DNA of 64,000 nt from Lama glama (Eukaryota): NCBI GenBank assembly GCA_028534125.1, contig CM052816.1:82958001-83022000 (forward strand). The letters are read 5' to 3'. Shown one piece after another: positions 60,581 through 64,000 of this stretch. How positions within the stretch are numbered: position 1 is the first letter of the stretch; each line of letters begins with the position of its first letter. Position numbers and translations under genes: made by a program. The notes beneath the pieces were generated by a model. It did no database searches. It saw only the letters and a list, made by a program, of their open reading frames with translations, and had not been told where the DNA came from.

Positions 60581-63500
60581 CTAGGCAGGGTCTGGTGCTT
60601 TCTTTTAGTGTGTTGCTTGAATCCAAGAGTCTACTGCTTGAAGTTTTGTGACACAAAGATTGGTTAGCAGTAGCTGATAGGGGACTCTCCAGTGGGGTTG
60701 AAGAGAGTTCTTCTGGAGATGTCTTTTCCAGTACACTTGTTAAAGTACCTGGTCAGTAAAATGGGTTCCTTGATCACTATGAAGTTCAAGAGGAGTTCCC
60801 ATGTAGGGATATATATAAATTTTTTTTTCTAAAAGAACTTCATCCACAGAAGAGGCAATAGCCTGTATACAAGGGAAGGCTTCAGTCCAATATGAAAACA
60901 GACCATGACTGAAACATATTTATATTTATGAGATAGAGGGAGTTGTATGAAATCCATTTGCCAGACCTCAAAGAGCCCATTAAGCAATTTAAAATGTTAG
61001 GAACAGTATACACGGACTTCCTTGAGTGGGACAAGTGAGATAGACACTTTTCTGTGGCCTTGTTAATGTTTCCATGCCAATCAATATCATTTTACTCATG
61101 CCATTATTTTGTCAGTAGACCAGTAGTTTAATGCGTGCACAGTGGTGAGGAGTGGGGATTTTAGAGTCTCTGGGAGGACTGAGTTGTTTTTTTGGTCCAA
61201 ACCAGAGCTTAATCTTTTTATCAAACCAACAATTGTTTAATTTCCAATCTTGTTTTTTCTGAGGCCAATTTTGAGCTTCTCTAGCCAGTTTTTCTAAGTT
61301 ATCAATTGGGGAAACATCTCATTGGATCATGACAGAGGTTTGGTTGTTGTTGGTTCCTTTAAGGACAACATCCCTTGTAGAAATATCAGCAAGGTGATTC
61401 CCCGTAGCTGCCAGAGAGTCAAGTTTAGAATGCCCTGGAATCTTGATAATAGCTTAAGTGGCAGGTAAAAGCATTGCATCTAGTAATTCTGGAACATAGG
61501 GGCTACTTTTAATTTTATTTCTGTCAGAAGTAAGGAAGCCACATTACTTCAACATTCTAAAAATATGAGCTATTCAGCTTATCTACTAACAGTATAATAT
61601 TTGGTTGTTTCATCTTGGCCATGAAGTGCAAGCCCATGTAGAAGCATGTAACTTAGCCTGTCGGGCTGAGGTAGACATAGGTAAAGATGCTGCCTCAGTA
61701 ACATCAAAGGGCGTTGCAGTAGCACATCCAGTACAGTGTTTGTCATTTTCATCTTTTAGACAAGAACCATCAGTGAACCATGAGAAGTCAGCAATCCCCA
61801 GAGAAGCTTCCAGCAGACCATCACAAGGAGTCAGGGGGTGACCCATTAGCTTGAAGCAGACTGAGAGACTTTGTCAGTGATGGAGGGGAGAAGAGTAGCA
61901 GGGTTAGTGTTGCTACAACATAAAAAAGTTGTATGAGGAGCGGTTAATAAAAGGACTTCATAGGAGGTGAGACGGCTTACTGAAAAATCATGAGTGTGAT
62001 GAGGATTCAGAAGATCTTCTGCTACATGCGGTACAAAAATGGTTAAAGGGGATCCCACAATGATTTCCTTGGTAGTCTTAACCAAAAGAGCAGTGGTCAA
62101 AATGGCTCTAAAGCAAGAGAGATGTCCCCATAACACCGGGTCCAACTGCTGGCTGTAATACCCAGTGGGTTATTGGTGGTGCTTGTGTTTTTGAGTGAGA
62201 ACCCCAAGGGCATTTCCTTCTTTTTCATATACAAAAAGGGGAAAAAGGTAATCTGATCGTTGAGATGCTCATGGGCAGGTGGGTTCATAAAACTCTCCCT
62301 TAAGTCCTTGAAAGCCATATTGTCTGGTTCTTTCCATAAAATAGGGTAAGAGTTATTATTGTTTAGTAAACTGTACAGAAGTTTGTCCATAATAGAAATA
62401 TGGAATCCAATTTCGGCAACAGCCAGCTAGCTCAAGAAAATCTCTCACTTAGAGCTTAGTCTGGGGCTTTGGAAAACTTAAGACACCATGAAGTCATTCT
62501 GGATCTGGGTGTAGCCCTTGTTTTGGTATCAGATGCCCTCAATGCCAAATGTGGATTTGGACTAACTGCAAGTTTTCTTTGGCAGCCTTATGTCCCTTTA
62601 AGACTAAAAGCTTTAGCGAGTGGATACTGTCTTCCTATGAAGAGGGAGAGCAAAGAAGCAAATTCCACATATAGTATCAAAGTAGAACCTCTAGGGAACT
62701 TTATATCATCCAGATCAGTCTTCAGGATTTGCAAGACATTTTAAAAAGGACACTCAGTAAGATCCTGAGGCATTACTGTCCAGGTGAATTGTTTTTCTCC
62801 CCAAGTGATGGCAAACAGATATTGACTAGCTTCATCACATTTAATACTAAAAAAGTCACTGCATAAATCAATTACAATGAAGAATTTGCTTCCAGTGGGA
62901 ATGGATCTTAGTAACATATGAGGGTTAGGAATGATAAGGTGTCAAAGAATAACAGTCCTGTTTATTGCTCAGAGACCTTGAGCAAACCTCTACCCTCAGC
63001 CTTTAGGTTTTCTCACCAGCAAAATGGAAGTGTTACAGGGGTTAGTACAAGGGATAATGAGGCCTTGTGCCTTGTAATATTCTATTATGGGCCATATGCC
63101 TTGAAGGGCTTCTTTTAGAGTATTGATTAATTCTGAGACGAGGTTGTTGAAATGCACTATGAATTTTACCAATATCAATTGGAGACTTTGTCCATAAAGA
63201 AGACGGTAGCTGATTCAGTAGGGATGAATGATGAGTGTTTCCAGAATCTGCCCTAATGCAATCAGAGATGGAGCAAATAAGAGACATCGAAAGGTCATTT
63301 AATTCACCAGTTGGTTACTTTGATGGCTACTGTCAAATTCTAGAATTACTTACCCCTTTTCACAAGAAAGAAAATTCCACATGACACTTCTGTAAGAAGT
63401 CTTGGACTAACAAATGGTTAGAAGCAGAGGAACTAAGGAGAAGGATGTGAATCTCTCAAAGCACCTAAACAAAAGGAAATAGAATCAGAGATTGGAACCT

Positions 63501-63708
63501 CTTGAGGTTCGTCAGAGATCCCTACTATTTGAACTATTTTAGTACTTCAAGGAAGGGACTATTTTTTTAGTAGTGGGTTGAGCTCCTAGAATGTAGCTTC
63601 ATTGTCAGTTAGGGGTGGAAGACATTCAGTCCCAATCTAGAGACATGTTTCTCTGAGCCAGTTAAAAGGAAGGATTGGGAAGAGCCCCTGTAGTTTCTTG
63701 GAACCCCT
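60581..63708 (-). pseudogene. pol: Disrupted retroviral pro-pol (protease, reverse transcriptase, RNase H, integrase)
   Basis: Protease remnants TDNEATF and LLVQDFL. RT remnants NPCNTSILLVRKP and VIDLCSDFFSI...SQYLFAITW...FTWTVMPQD, with a frameshifted YVDD at ~62659-62671. RNase H WFTDGS. Integrase WQMDF (~60949-60963), HSDQGTHF (60758-60781) and LQPHWRVPYQLLLT. Many stops and frameshifts. Confidence 0.94.
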
Positions 63709-64000
63709 TCATTAAGAATTGGGAGGATGTTGGAAAGACTGATTAGAGGGCTGAAGGCACCTAAAGTACTTAAATGTGTAACAGTCTCTTTTCTAATGTT
63801 CTGGCTCTTTGGAAGAAGAGCATAAACAAGGAGGGTTTTGGTTCCATTTAGAAGCCTCATTTACTGGAGCTGAAGATTAAGAATTTCGGTGGCCCTTTTT
63901 TGAGATGATTCATCTAGAGTGTGAGAGATTTGGTTTGCCATAATCTGGAGTGGATATAGTTTCCCATTCCATCCTGGTACTTTTTACTATAAAGGAAAGG
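63709..64000 (-). pseudogene. gag: Disrupted gag C-terminus (nucleocapsid)
   Basis: CSSSKEPEH*KRDC at 63781-63822 has the spacing of a decayed CX2CX4HX4C zinc knuckle, immediately upstream of the protease. Confidence 0.8.

Larger units (their letters stand above)
59945..64000 (-). mobile_element. Defective class I (ERV1) endogenous retrovirus: gag end, pro-pol, no env, partial 3' LTR; extends beyond the window
   Basis: Ordered minus-strand motifs: decayed zinc knuckle, protease, RT, RNase H, integrase, polypurine tract and LTR-like segment. Confidence 0.94.

Noticed and set aside
1..64000. CRISPR array, operon or other prokaryotic/viral defence system
   Set aside because: No regularly spaced repeat-spacer structure and no gene-dense coding sequence; the repeat content is clearly mammalian

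Overview
AT-rich, CpG-poor mammalian genomic DNA (gene desert or large intron), very probably from a camelid. The taxon call rests on a tRNA-Ala(AGC)-derived SINE of the Vic-1 type at ~34.5 kb and young artiodactyl-style L1 3' ends. I see no intact protein-coding gene, rRNA, CRISPR array or prokaryotic system. The ORF track is almost entirely spurious, apart from decayed retroviral pol fragments at 61.6-63.3 kb. The window consists mainly of nested interspersed repeats: old and young L1, L2, MIR, MaLR (MLT1) LTRs, a MER5-type DNA transposon and two ERV solo LTRs. A dead, env-less class I provirus runs off the right edge on the minus strand. The left edge holds a GC-rich gene-like fragment that may be an intron-retaining retrocopy. 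The most unusual structures are a ~45-bp-arm fold-back inversion at the 5' junction of a young L1, the candidate semi-processed retrocopy, and an in-frame integrase deletion plus env loss in the provirus. Several repeat-free, motif-dense stretches are candidate enhancers. I cannot support a claim of a new biological system here. Repeat subfamily names and most boundaries are by eye and approximate.
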